Assembly: GCA_965223905.1 (NCBI GenBank)
Contig: CBDCXV010000011.1
Location: 96,001 to 160,000, forward strand
Origin: Candidatus Latescibacterota bacterium
Lineage (GTDB): Bacteria > Latescibacterota > UBA2968 > UBA8231
Length of the DNA stretch: 64,000 bases
Direction: 5' to 3'
Shown here: positions 41,138 to 51,115 of the stretch, in pieces
Layout of the letters: the number at the start of each line of letters is the position of its first letter
Numbering within the stretch: the stretch's first letter is position 1
Notes under the pieces: model-generated
The model's input: only the letters and a program-made list of their open reading frames with translations
Databases searched by the model: none
Told to the model about the DNA's origin: nothing
Position numbers and translations under genes: made by a program

Positions 41138-42625
41138 ATGGGGTCGGTGTCGCAGGGAGTATCGGCAGCATTAATCGGTTCAGATCCGCCCTCGACACCC
41201 TGTCACCATTCAGCACTGTACTTAGTCCCAGAGTTCGCCAGCTTCTCCACCGGCTTGCGCACGCACTCAGGGACAAACCCCCCGACATCAGAGCGATGCG
41301 GGGATCACGAGCGCCCCAACAGGCGCTCTACGTATCTCGAGCTCATCGGACAGCTGGTGGGGGAGTCAGGTTCGCTCTCTCAGCAACCCGAAGGTTCGAT
41401 GTTGCACGAGTACATCATCAAACGCCTCCCCGCAGCCGACCACCCCTGTCTGCACGTTTGCGACAGAGGGTGGCCCCCGGCATTCGAGGTGCGGGCTTTA
41501 CTCGAATCAGACCTCCGCTGCCTTCAGCAACTAGCGCGGACCCCGCTCGCCGAACTCGTTCATTCGCACCATAACCTGATTACCCAGGCATGCAGCGAGG
41601 TTGACTCCCCTTGGAGATTGGCGACTTCTGCTGAAAAAAAGGGGTCGACGAGGCTCCCGTGGGACTTGACCGAGGACCGGATCGAGCTCGAAACCAGGTT
41701 CCGCCAAGCAGCCGATTGGGGGACTCTAGTCGAACCGCTGATCGAACTCGTCCGCGCGCACGGGGCCGGCCTCTTTCAGGGTACACCCGCCTTTACCCTT
41801 TCAGAAAGCGGAAATCAACTGAGGCTTGAGCCGGTTCCCGAGTTTGACGGTTTCAGCCTGGATTGGTGGCAAGGGAATGATTCCAAAGTAGCAACCATAG
41901 TGGCAAATACCGAGCATCTTCTGAGCGGCCTTTCGGCACAAAATGTGCTTATTTGGGGACCGCGCGGATGCGGCAAATCTTCATTGATCCTCGGGCTCAT
42001 ATCCAAGTATTTCGCTCGCGGATTGCGCGGAATTCAGATACCCCCCCACCTGCACGGGCATCTGTCGGAAGTCTATCCCTTGGTGAGGGATCGGTCGGAA
42101 CGATTTATCGGGGTGCTAGACAACATCTCCCTTGACGCCCGATCTCCCTCTTTCAGACAGCTGGCAAGCGCCCTCGACGGTGGCCTCGAAAGGCCTCCGG
42201 AGAACCTCGTGTTCTACGCGACATCCAATTTCAAGGATCTCATCGACCGCGAAGGGGACAGGCCTGCCGGGCCGCCCCGGCAGCAGATCGATGGCATTCC
42301 AGGTCCTGGCGACGTAATCGCGACGACTTCCCCCCGCCCCGAGCTCTACGATCCCCAACAGTATCAGCGTCTCGATGAGCGAAGGGCGATAGACGACCGC
42401 TTCGCTCTCAAGGTTTTCCTGGATCTACCAAAAAAAAGCGAATACGCTCGGCTTGTGCTGGCGTATGCGGGACGGGCGGGAATCGCCACCGGCGCCGACG
42501 AGGTGCTGGCCGCCTTCAACGTCTGGCGAATGCGCCACAACCACGACCTTGTGGGGGGACGTACAGCCCGCGACTTCATCCAGTGGTTGTACGCGCAGGA
42601 ACAGTCGGGAACCGGTCCCAACTGA
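41138..42625 (+). CDS. DUF815-like AAA+ ATPase
   Basis: NVLIWGPRGCGKSS, LDGGLE..PEN..FYATSN, DRF.L...F, GRTARDF. Confidence 0.8.
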   Translation: MGSVSQGVSAALIGSDPPSTPCHHSALYLVPEFASFSTGLRTHSGTNPPTSERCGDHERPNRRSTYLELIGQLVGESGSLSQQPEGSMLHEYIIKRLPAADHPCLHVCDRGWPPAFEVRALLESDLRCLQQLARTPLAELVHSHHNLITQACSEVDSPWRLATSAEKKGSTRLPWDLTEDRIELETRFRQAADWGTLVEPLIELVRAHGAGLFQGTPAFTLSESGNQLRLEPVPEFDGFSLDWWQGNDSKVATIVANTEHLLSGLSAQNVLIWGPRGCGKSSLILGLISKYFARGLRGIQIPPHLHGHLSEVYPLVRDRSERFIGVLDNISLDARSPSFRQLASALDGGLERPPENLVFYATSNFKDLIDREGDRPAGPPRQQIDGIPGPGDVIATTSPRPELYDPQQYQRLDERRAIDDRFALKVFLDLPKKSEYARLVLAYAGRAGIATGADEVLAAFNVWRMRHNHDLVGGRTARDFIQWLYAQEQSGTGPN

Positions 42626-42845
42626 CGGCCGGCTTTGACCGCACATAGAACGGCGAAAGTGCGGATGGGCAAGTTCAGAAATCGACCGTTACTTTTGGGT
42701 ATGGAGGTAGGGGCGGAAGGGTATCCTCAGCGAATTCCAGGGACCGTTGGAATCCAATACCTCGACAGCTCGTGCCCTGCAACCGGCCACAGCTGTGACA
42801 AGACAGTTGTCGGAGGAGTGATTTATCATATTGTTAATAAACAAA

Positions 42846-43241
42846 TTATGCTATTTCGAGAAGCTCGACTTCGTAGCCGTCGGGGTCATCGATAAAGGCC
42901 ATTTTCCCACCTGAGCTGAATTTATCGCGCCAGCCGTCAGGCCAGACCTCGATTCCTGCTTCTTCAAGCTGGGCGCACGATTCAATCAGGTCTGAGACTC
43001 CTATCGCAATGTGCATCAGGTCTTCGGGAACATTCAGCTCGTATTCTTCTGACCAAGTCAACTCGAGGGTGTGGTCGTTGCCTGGCAGCTCCAGATGGGC
43101 AATCTGATTTCCGGCGGGAGATCTGTCGGACCGCTTTTCCACCCGGAATCCCAAGTGGGTGCAGTACCAGTCGATAGAGCGCTCCAAGTCACTAACCCGG
43201 ATTCTCGTATGCAGGAAGCGGGACATGGTATCCTTCCTCAA
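42846..43241 (-). CDS. VOC/glyoxalase (lactoylglutathione lyase-like)
   Basis: LHTRIRVSDLERSI, LELTW, HIAIGV, FIDDPDGYEVELLE. Confidence 0.92.
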   Translation of the reverse strand: MRKDTMSRFLHTRIRVSDLERSIDWYCTHLGFRVEKRSDRSPAGNQIAHLELPGNDHTLELTWSEEYELNVPEDLMHIAIGVSDLIESCAQLEEAGIEVWPDGWRDKFSSGGKMAFIDDPDGYEVELLEIA

Positions 43242-43355
43242 TTATGTTCTTGATGTCCCTCGGGCACCCGTTTCCCAACAGGTTTCGGGGGAGGGCGGTA
43301 CTAACAACCTTACGGATGGCCAGTGGCGGAAAAACAGTCGAAGGAAAGCAATGGT

Positions 43356-43443
43356 TGGTGCCGAAGGAGGGACTCGAACCCACACGGGGATAAACCCCAC
43401 TGCGCCCTGAACGCAGCGCGTCTACCAATTTCGCCACTTCGGC
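43356..43443 (-). tRNA. tRNA-Leu (CAG)
   Basis: GCCGAAGTGGCGAAATTGGTAGACGCGCTGCGTTCAGGGCGCAGTGGGGTTTATCCCCGTGTGGGTTCGAGTCCCTCCTTCGGCACCA. Confidence 0.97.
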
Positions 43444-43523
43444 TCGCAATGATTGGCGGGACAAAAGCTAGTTGAGGCACTAGGCAGGGTCAACCCTGCG
43501 AGTACCGACTCTGGTACACGGCT

Positions 43524-44021
43524 ATGCTCGCATCGAAGAAAACCAACCGGAAAAAGAATGAGACCGGTACCAGGCTGATCGCCCAGAACCGCAAGGCGTG
43601 GCACGATTTCGAGGTCCTGTCGACAGTGGAGGCCGGCATCGAATTGCGTGGCACCGAAGTCAAGTCCTTGCGCGACGGCAAGGTCAACCTCAAGGACAGC
43701 TACGCTCGCGTAGACAAGGGCGAACTTTTTTTGCTCAATCTGCATATCGGGGCCTACGAGGCCGCCAACCACTTCAACCACGACCCGGACCGCCCACGAA
43801 AGCTCCTGCTTCACAGCTGGGAGATCAGGCGCCTTGTCGGAGAAACAGACCAACGCGGTTTGACTCTGGTTCCGACGCGATTGTATTTCAAACGCGGCAG
43901 AGCCAAGGTCGAACTCGCACTCGCACGGGGGAAACGCGTCTACGACCGGCGTCGCGACATTGCCGACCGCGACGCCCGACGGTCTGTGGATCGCGCCCTC
44001 GCCGAGGCCCGGAAAAGTTGA
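43524..44021 (+). CDS. smpB: SsrA-binding protein SmpB
   Basis: NRKAWHDF, EAGIELRGTEVKSLR, RKLLLH, ARGKRVYDRR. Confidence 0.98.
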   Translation: MLASKKTNRKKNETGTRLIAQNRKAWHDFEVLSTVEAGIELRGTEVKSLRDGKVNLKDSYARVDKGELFLLNLHIGAYEAANHFNHDPDRPRKLLLHSWEIRRLVGETDQRGLTLVPTRLYFKRGRAKVELALARGKRVYDRRRDIADRDARRSVDRALAEARKS

Positions 44022-44848
44022 CGGCTACAGCTCATCTGGCCACCGAGTCCTGCGCCGCCTGCACAGGCAGGGGAGTGCGCTACGACCCAAAGGTGGAAGT
44101 CGGACGCTTCGGGACCCTAAAGCTGTGCGAATGCGTGGAGCGGGCATGCTGCTGTCTCGGGGATCGGCCGTATCAGTACTGGGACGAAAACTCGAGGTTG
44201 GTATGGTGCCCTTGCGCTCCGGCAAGGAGGCGGCTGTCGGAGATCCAGCGACTGTTCAAGCTCGCCGAGGTACCTTCCAAGTTCCGTTGGAAATTCCAGG
44301 ACGATTTCTTCCTTACGACTCCGGACGGCGTGACTATCGCGGTGGCAACCGAAGCGCGCGGATATGTTTCGACCCTCCTGGACGGAGATGAAGAACCCCG
44401 CCGCGGCTTCGTCCTGATCGGGCCTCCGGGCACCGGCAAGACCTTGCTCGGATGCATCATGCTCAACGAGCTCATCCTCCACCGGGCACGCGCCGGCCGC
44501 TTCCTTAGCCTGTCCCGCAAGTACTTCCAGCAACTTCGCGATACCTTTTCCGAAAACAGCGACCGCCACGGGCAGACTTGGCAAATCCAGCAGGAGTTGA
44601 GCCGGTTACCCTACCTGCTTCTCGACGATTTCGGTATTCAGCGCGGTACCGAATTTGAGATGGAGAAGCTGTACGAACTCGTCGATGCCCGCTACAGTGA
44701 GGAGCGCTTTACCATAGTCACTACCAACCAACCTCTGGACGAGATCAGGCAGCAGAGTGCCCCCATCTATTCCCGCCTTACCGAGATGTGCCGTTTTGTC
44801 AACATGGAAGGAGTCGATTTTCGCCAACAGCTTCACCCGGTGCGTTAA
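44018..44848 (+). CDS. DnaC/IstB-like AAA+ ATPase with Cys-rich N-terminus
   Basis: TTG start overlapping the smpB stop; CAAC..CEC..CCC..CPC; GPPGTGKT; LLLDDFG; TIVTTN; SRLTEMC...GVDFR. Confidence 0.85.
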   Translation: MTATAHLATESCAACTGRGVRYDPKVEVGRFGTLKLCECVERACCCLGDRPYQYWDENSRLVWCPCAPARRRLSEIQRLFKLAEVPSKFRWKFQDDFFLTTPDGVTIAVATEARGYVSTLLDGDEEPRRGFVLIGPPGTGKTLLGCIMLNELILHRARAGRFLSLSRKYFQQLRDTFSENSDRHGQTWQIQQELSRLPYLLLDDFGIQRGTEFEMEKLYELVDARYSEERFTIVTTNQPLDEIRQQSAPIYSRLTEMCRFVNMEGVDFRQQLHPVR

Positions 44849-44849
44849 A

Positions 44850-45590
44850 ATGACTGATTCCCGTGTAGACGGGCGCAGGCCCGACCAGCTCAGGCCGACC
44901 ACGATCACGCGATCCTACCTGGAATCGGCCCCAGGTTCGGTGCTGGTCGAAAGTGGGGAAACCAAGCTGATCTGTACGGTCTCGAGTGAGAACCGCGTCC
45001 CTCCGTTCGTAGAGGGGACGGGAAGAGGTTGGCTGACCTGCGAGTACGGAATGCTGCCCGGATCTTCCCGACAGCGTATTCCGCGCGAAACCGCCACGGG
45101 CAGGCCCAACAGCCGCACGCGAGAGATTCAACGAATGATCGGCCGTTCCCTGCGTGCTGTCACTGATCTCCAAGCTGTTGGAGAAAGGACACTATATGTA
45201 GACTGCGACGTGATTCAGGCTGACGGGGGGACGCGGACAGCGGCCATCACGGGAGGGTATGTCGCCCTCGTGGAGGCCATTCGCGAGATGAAGGCCGGAG
45301 GTGTCCTGGAAAGTGATCCGATTTCAGGACAACTAGCGGCAGTCAGCTGCGGACTCGTCGACGGGGAGGCTCTGCTCGATCTATGTTACCAGGAAGACAC
45401 TTCCGCTACCACCGACATGAACGTAGTCATGACACGGGATGGAAGGCTCGTCGAAATCCAGGCAAGCGCAGAGGGGGAACCCTTTACGCGGAATCAGGTG
45501 GACGGGCTACTCGATCTGGCGACCAAGGGGATCGCCGAGTTGCTCACTCTCCAATCCGCAGTCCTTGGTGATCTCCTTGCCTCCGAATGA
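44850..45590 (+). CDS. rph: Ribonuclease PH
   Basis: R.DGRRPDQLRP, GWLTCEYGMLP, EIQRMIGRSLR, DCDVIQADGGTRTAAITG. Confidence 0.98.
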   Translation: MTDSRVDGRRPDQLRPTTITRSYLESAPGSVLVESGETKLICTVSSENRVPPFVEGTGRGWLTCEYGMLPGSSRQRIPRETATGRPNSRTREIQRMIGRSLRAVTDLQAVGERTLYVDCDVIQADGGTRTAAITGGYVALVEAIREMKAGGVLESDPISGQLAAVSCGLVDGEALLDLCYQEDTSATTDMNVVMTRDGRLVEIQASAEGEPFTRNQVDGLLDLATKGIAELLTLQSAVLGDLLASE

Positions 45591-45820
45591 GTTGTAGCCG
45601 ATGGCCTGGGTGTAATCCCAAGCGTGAACCGGCTTGACAGCCGTATGTGGACCCGTCTATGTTTGTAGCTCTGCTGTTGCCGTGACCAAGTCCTCTTGCT
45701 ACATCGCGTACAATCCATCGGCCTTTGCCGGTGTCCTCTCCTCCGCACACCGGGCCGCATCCTCTGCGACTCAAGTATCCAGCATGTGCGAAAACTCCCC
45801 TTAAACAGCAAGGACGACGC

Positions 45821-46678
45821 ATGGCCGAGATCGCGAAAACATTCTGGGACATGGAGGACTCTCTGGGTTCCTATCTCGGGGAGATAGCCAACTCGATCCC
45901 GCTTTCCTCCTCCGAAGAAGTCGATCTTGCGCGCAGGATCAAGGGCGGCGATGAAAGAGCTCGCAATTCCCTCGTCGAAGCCAATCTGAGGTTCGTGGTC
46001 AGTGTCGCAAAAGAGTATCAGAATCGAGGCGTCCCCCTTGTCGACCTCATCAGTGCCGGCAACATGGGACTGATTACGGCTGCCGAGAGGTTCGACGAAA
46101 ACAAGGGGTTCAAGTTTATCTCCTATGCGGTCTGGTGGATCAGGCAAGCCATTCTCCAGACCCTCGCCGAACAATCCCGCACAGTGAGACTCCCACTGAA
46201 CAAAATCGGGTTGCTGTACAAGATATCCAAAGCCTCCCGCCTCCTGCAGCAGGAACGCACCGACGATCCGAACCCCGAAGACATAGCCAACGAACTTGAT
46301 GTCCCCGTTGAGGACGTGCGTGAAACAATGATGTGTGGCCGCTCGGTTCGTTCGCTTGACGCCACTTTCAAGGAGGAAGAGGATCACAGCCTCCTCGACA
46401 TCCTTCCCGACGACCGGCAAGAATCCCCCGAAAACCTCGTTATGCGGGGATGTCTGCGCGGACAAATCGATTCAGCGCTAGGGTCGCTGGTGGGTCGCGA
46501 AGCCGAAATCCTGCGGCTTTATTTCGGACTGGATGGCGAGGAACCGATGACGCTCGATCAAATAGGGGTACGTTTTGGCCTGACGAGAGAACGCGTCCGC
46601 CAGATCAAGGAAAAAGCTCTGCATCGACTGCGGCACCCCAGTCGCTGCGATCAGCTAAAGACCTACAGCCGCACCTAG
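45821..46678 (+). CDS. RNA polymerase sigma70 factor (RpoD/SigA family, lacking region 1.1)
   Basis: DSLGSYLGEI (region 1.2), ANLRFVVSVAK, FISYAVWWIRQAI, TRERVRQIKEKAL. Confidence 0.95.
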   Translation: MAEIAKTFWDMEDSLGSYLGEIANSIPLSSSEEVDLARRIKGGDERARNSLVEANLRFVVSVAKEYQNRGVPLVDLISAGNMGLITAAERFDENKGFKFISYAVWWIRQAILQTLAEQSRTVRLPLNKIGLLYKISKASRLLQQERTDDPNPEDIANELDVPVEDVRETMMCGRSVRSLDATFKEEEDHSLLDILPDDRQESPENLVMRGCLRGQIDSALGSLVGREAEILRLYFGLDGEEPMTLDQIGVRFGLTRERVRQIKEKALHRLRHPSRCDQLKTYSRT

Positions 46679-46800
46679 TTTTTAGGTTCCTGCGCGAGTG
46701 ATGCTCCATAAAGCCGGCGTCTCCTCCGGCACCCATGTCGCGCCCGTAATCTCATTCTCCACTTCTGTTTGTTCTCCCCACACTTTCTGAGGAAGCAACT

Positions 46801-46977
46801 ATGCCCACAGAGGTCATGGAAGAGGAACTTCTGCGCTCGATCGAGGAGATAGAAGACCGGATCAAAAACATTCAAAAGCAGGTTCGGACGGTGATTTCAT
46901 CTGTGCAATCCGAATCCGCACCTGAGGAGGCACTGAAAACTCGGGTTCATACCGCCCGCACTGGGACCATTCGGTAA
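46801..46977 (+). CDS. Small hypothetical coiled-coil protein (58 aa)
   Basis: MPTEVMEEELLRSIEEIEDRIKNIQKQVRTVISSVQSESAPEEALKTRVHTARTGTIR; GAGG RBS; below the ORF-track cutoff. Confidence 0.55.
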   Translation: MPTEVMEEELLRSIEEIEDRIKNIQKQVRTVISSVQSESAPEEALKTRVHTARTGTIR

Positions 46978-47266
46978 TTTGAAGGGCAGGGATGGGGTGA
47001 TTTTTCTCTGTTGTGCGTAGGTTGCACTACCGGTACTTTAAAGAAATCATATGCTTACGAAGTTCCGAGGCAGAGACGGAGATCGGCAGAGATCCACAAA
47101 TTTCCTCGTTTCTGACGGACCCGGTCTGACTTCCCGCCCACGGCAGCACAGGATTCGAACCGCATTCCGCCGGCATATGCTTTACCTTCAGCCGGTGGGA
47201 GTTCTTGATCAGTGGGGGTCTCTCAATACCGAACAGCTCTTCCACCAAGATCCAGGATAACCCTTA

Positions 47267-48058
47267 GTGACACGTCCATTCGAAAAGGAGATGGAAACCG
47301 CGACGCAGTTGGCCTGGGTAGCAGGCAGGGCGACTCTGCGCCATTTCCAGACCGGGGTAGGGGTTGAGTTGAAGGCCGACGCGACGCCGGTTACTGCGGC
47401 AGATCGGGAGGCGGAGGAGATCATACGCATGGGTCTGCAGCAGGCTTTTCCGGAAGACGGCGTGCTCGGTGAGGAATTCGGTGAAATAGCGGGGTCCTCT
47501 GGACGATGTTGGATCATTGACCCGATTGACGGGACAAAATCGTTTGTAAGAGGTGTTCCTATCTACGGAGTCCTAGTCGGGTTGGAAGATCAAAGGGGTG
47601 AAGTGGTGGTTGGGGCGGTGTACATTCCCGCTCTCGACGATATGGTGCATGCCGCCAAGGGACACGGCTGCTGGTGGAACGGGAGGCGCGCACGTGTCTC
47701 GTCGGTTCAGGATTTCAACGAGGCCTGCGTCTGTTACACAAGCAGTCGCAGTTTCTTTCAGCAACATCCGGATTACGACTTCCATGAGCTGGCCGGGAAG
47801 GTGGGATTGCTCAGAGGGTGGGGGGACTGTTACGGGCACCTGCTGGTCGCCACTGGCCGAGCGGAGGTCATGCTCGATCCCGTCCTCAGTCCCTGGGACT
47901 GTGCTCCTTTGGTACCCATTCTGCAGGAAGCCGGGGGAACCTTCACCGACTGGAGAGGGGAAGCCACGATTCGCGGGAAGGATGGGGTTTCCACGAACGG
48001 CCACCTCTTCGATGAAGTCATGAATCATCTTTCACCTGCGAATCTCCAGCAATCTTGA
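47267..48058 (+). CDS. Inositol monophosphatase family / histidinol-phosphatase HisN-like
   Basis: TPVTAADREAE, GEEFG, WIIDPIDGTKSF, GWGDCYG, WDCA. Confidence 0.92.
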   Translation: MTRPFEKEMETATQLAWVAGRATLRHFQTGVGVELKADATPVTAADREAEEIIRMGLQQAFPEDGVLGEEFGEIAGSSGRCWIIDPIDGTKSFVRGVPIYGVLVGLEDQRGEVVVGAVYIPALDDMVHAAKGHGCWWNGRRARVSSVQDFNEACVCYTSSRSFFQQHPDYDFHELAGKVGLLRGWGDCYGHLLVATGRAEVMLDPVLSPWDCAPLVPILQEAGGTFTDWRGEATIRGKDGVSTNGHLFDEVMNHLSPANLQQS

Positions 48059-48443
48059 ATTCCGGAGGTTCGTGCCATCTGTCTTGAGGGAGGTGATTCT
48101 GGCTGATACTGCAAGCCAACTGGACTTTGTCAGATGAAATGCCATCTTTACCTTGGTCTCGCAGGGATTTTGCGACCGCGGCCAGCACAATGGCGGTGGC
48201 ACCGTGAATCCGCCTGCAGTTTCTTCGGAAGTCTGGACTCCACGTGATTCCGGAAATCCGCAGGGTTCATCTATGGAGTCGGGCTCAGCTGGCGAAGTTC
48301 GCCTATTTCAAGATCCTGTCCGGCTTCCCGGAAGCCATTTCGTGTTGCCGCTGTCTATTCGGCCGCATTCATTCCGTTGCAGGTCGGCAAGTTGAAAAGG
48401 TGAGCTGTTCAAGCGCGTCGCCAAAATAGCGGGAGGTAAGACA

Positions 48444-48902
48444 ATGAAGATCACTAAAGCGATCTCACTGGCGGTGGCGTCAATTCTGTTTTGGAGTTGT
48501 AGCGGACCGCCGGACGAATTGACACCGTACGTTGTCCGGTATGAGAACATGCAGTCGATCAACAGCAAACTTGAGCGCTACCAGGGGTATCTGAAAAGCC
48601 CTGCCCTCGAGCGCCAGGCGCGCGACATCCGCGAAATCATTCAGGCGTACCACGACAGCTTGGAGAGCTTCGGGAAAACCAAGAACAAATTTATCAAGGC
48701 GAGCCACAATAACGTAAAGAGAGCCGTGGCACGGGCCCTGACACAGCTGGTTCAACCCGATTTTCCCACCTTCACGATCAGCGCTCAGAAACAGATCACT
48801 TTGATCAAAGAGCGAGTCATCGACCACTACGACAGCTTGGACAAAATGTGGCACGAAGCAGGCAAGACCGAGCCGTTCCCCTTGAAATGGCCCGGTCAAT
48901 AG
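48444..48902 (+). CDS. Hypothetical helical lipoprotein
   Basis: GGAGG RBS, signal ending FWSC, amphipathic helices. Confidence 0.75.
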   Translation: MKITKAISLAVASILFWSCSGPPDELTPYVVRYENMQSINSKLERYQGYLKSPALERQARDIREIIQAYHDSLESFGKTKNKFIKASHNNVKRAVARALTQLVQPDFPTFTISAQKQITLIKERVIDHYDSLDKMWHEAGKTEPFPLKWPGQ

Positions 48903-49060
48903 GCGACCCAATAGGTGGTAGGGAACAAGGTGGCTACTATTCCGAAAGACGCCGGAAACCGCCATCAGTCGAAGCCCCGAGCGCGAAATCCTTCCGTATT
49001 CACGGGTAATTTCCTGCCCCGCTTCCACCCTCAATCGGGCGACTGTAGCGTTCCCCCAGC

Positions 49061-49255
49061 ATGATCAAGCTGCTATTGATCCTCATCCTGGTGGTGGTTG
49101 CAGCTCATGTCGTTACCAGTTTTTTGGGAGGGGATAAACGATCCCGAACCTTAGACGGCGCGGGAGTTGATCGAGATAAGATCAACCGCGACAAGGCAAT
49201 CGACGTCGAATATACCGAAATTGCCGAAGAAAATGGCGCCGGGAGCGGCCGCTAG
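49061..49255 (+). CDS. Small membrane protein
   Basis: N-terminal TM, C-terminal IDVEYTEI; 8 nt upstream of holA. Confidence 0.65.
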   Translation: MIKLLLILILVVVAAHVVTSFLGGDKRSRTLDGAGVDRDKINRDKAIDVEYTEIAEENGAGSGR

Positions 49256-49263
49256 CAACCTGC

Positions 49264-50307
49264 ATGGTTACGTCGACCCGGGCGAAAAGAAGGAAGACCG
49301 GCGCAGTTTCGCCCGAAACCCTACGTTCGGAAGTCGAGCATGGCCAGCGACTGCCCTATTACCTGCTCTCCGGTGAAGAGGAGTTCGAGCGTGACGGGAC
49401 CGCAGATTGGCTGGTTTCCAAGCTGAAACCGGATGCTGCGCCGGATTTCAACACCGACCTGATCTACGGAGACGCCTTAGAGGTTCAGAGACTGCTCGAG
49501 TGTTATTTCGCCTATCCAATGCTTGCCAGCCATCGGCTGATCGTGCTCAGAAAATGCGAGAAGATTACAGCGGATCAATGCAAACAGCTCGATGTGATCG
49601 TTTCCGATCCGCAAGGGACATCCACTCTCATCGCCGTAGGCGGGAAGGTGGACATGAGGCGCCGACTCTACCAGCAGATGGGAAAATTGGGCCTACGCGT
49701 CGAGTTCAAAACACCTTACCAGAATCAGGTTTCACAGTGGCTTATCCGTCACACCCGAAACCGCAGCCTGAAGCTCGAGCCGGAGGCCGCGAGTCTGCTG
49801 GCCCTGTACCTGGGAAACAACACCCGCCGATTGGCAGGCGAAATAGACAAGCTGTCGATTTATGTCGGGGATGGAAAACCGATTTCCGCAGAGGCGGTGG
49901 TCGAGTTGGCGGGAGTCTCCAGTGCCGCCAGCGTCTTTCAGCTTGCCGATGCCGTCGGTCGCCAGGATTTTTCGACCGCGCAGGAGATGCTTCACGGTAT
50001 GTTGGGCCAAGGGGAGGAGCCGCTCAGGGTTCTGCCGATGCTGAGCCGTCACCTGCAACTCCTTCTGAAGGCCAAGGATCTCGAAGATCAGCGACTCTCC
50101 GGTTCCGAGATGGCCCGGAAAATAGGGGTTTCTCCTTACTTCCTGAAATCCTACCGCCACCAAGCTCGCCAGTTTACGAGTGATCAGCTCTGGACGGGAA
50201 TGGTGATTTTGCTCGAAGCGGACCGGCTTTTCAAGTCGAGACGTCGGAGTCAGTACCAAAAAATACTTCAGTTGTGCCTCCAGCGGCTTTGCCGGCTGCA
50301 TTCGTAG
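49264..50307 (+). CDS. holA: DNA polymerase III subunit delta
   Basis: YLLSGEEEF, PM.A.HRLIV, EIDKL, VFQLADAV, D..FK. Confidence 0.9.
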   Translation: MVTSTRAKRRKTGAVSPETLRSEVEHGQRLPYYLLSGEEEFERDGTADWLVSKLKPDAAPDFNTDLIYGDALEVQRLLECYFAYPMLASHRLIVLRKCEKITADQCKQLDVIVSDPQGTSTLIAVGGKVDMRRRLYQQMGKLGLRVEFKTPYQNQVSQWLIRHTRNRSLKLEPEAASLLALYLGNNTRRLAGEIDKLSIYVGDGKPISAEAVVELAGVSSAASVFQLADAVGRQDFSTAQEMLHGMLGQGEEPLRVLPMLSRHLQLLLKAKDLEDQRLSGSEMARKIGVSPYFLKSYRHQARQFTSDQLWTGMVILLEADRLFKSRRRSQYQKILQLCLQRLCRLHS

Positions 50308-50443
50308 GACCCCGTGGCAGGTGCTGACGTACCCACATTCATTTTCTCCATAACCTGTTCAAATGGATACATTTTTGCCCTTATCCTCACCAGATCACTC
50401 GGGGGCCAAGCTACTCCTTCATGAAAGGCCCATTCGTGTTCGG

Positions 50444-50472
50444 TTGACATGGTCCGACCCCCTCGTTATATT
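50444..50472 (+). promoter_or_regulatory. sigma70 promoter for trxA
   Basis: TTGACA-17nt-TATATT. Confidence 0.7.
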
Positions 50473-50564
50473 GTAAACAACATCATAACCTGCTGATAAT
50501 TTGTCAGTTACAGCATCGAAAACAGTTTGCGCGCCGGTGCGTGCCGTCACCTTCAGACTTGAGA

Positions 50565-50894
50565 ATGAGCGACCCGATTGCCTTGACCGATGACAACTTC
50601 AGCTTCGAAGTGCTGCGCGCCGAGACACCCGTCCTCGTTGACTTTTGGGCTGCTTGGTGCGGACCCTGCAGGATGGTCGCTCCTATCGTTGAGGAGTTGG
50701 CCAACGAGTACGCGGGCCGTGCCAAAATCTGCAAACTCGATGTAGATGATGCGCAAAAAACCGCTGGGGAGTATGGAATCCGCAGCATTCCTACGCTGTT
50801 GATTTTCAAGGAGGGCAAGGTGGCCGACCAAGTGATCGGAGCGGTCCCCAAGTCCCAGATCAAAGAGAAGTTGGACGCGGTCATATCGGATTGA
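50565..50894 (+). CDS. trxA: Thioredoxin
   Basis: VDFWAAWCGPC, IRSIPTL. Confidence 0.97.
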   Translation: MSDPIALTDDNFSFEVLRAETPVLVDFWAAWCGPCRMVAPIVEELANEYAGRAKICKLDVDDAQKTAGEYGIRSIPTLLIFKEGKVADQVIGAVPKSQIKEKLDAVISD

Positions 50895-51085
50895 GTTCAG
50901 ATCGACGTCGGCCATATGAGTCGACTGGCGATGGATGATTTCCTCTCGTTTGAAATTGCGGCTCCTCCACCGACAGGGAGTCGCTCTGTTTTCCAATCAA
51001 TCTCATTGTCCCATTTTGCCATGCAGTGCCAAGGATGGGACAATCCACGCAAGGTCAGGAGCTAGTAGATTTTTTTTGAGGCGAT

Positions 51086-51115
51086 TTGACAGATGAGCTT
51101 CAAAATGCTAATAAT
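51086..51115 (+). promoter_or_regulatory. Putative sigma70 promoter for the cold-shock-domain gene/clpX
   Basis: TTGACA-17nt-TAATAA(T). Confidence 0.5.

Noticed and set aside
43598-44017. N-terminal 140 aa of the 416-aa ORF
   Set aside because: It overlaps smpB in another frame; the real start is likely TTG 44018.
43444-44100. tmRNA (ssrA) next to smpB
   Set aside because: No GGGG..GA 5' end or tag reading frame found; the adjacent RNA gene is tRNA-Leu.
44018-44848. IS21 element
   Set aside because: No IstA transposase or terminal inverted repeats; the gene is coupled to housekeeping genes.
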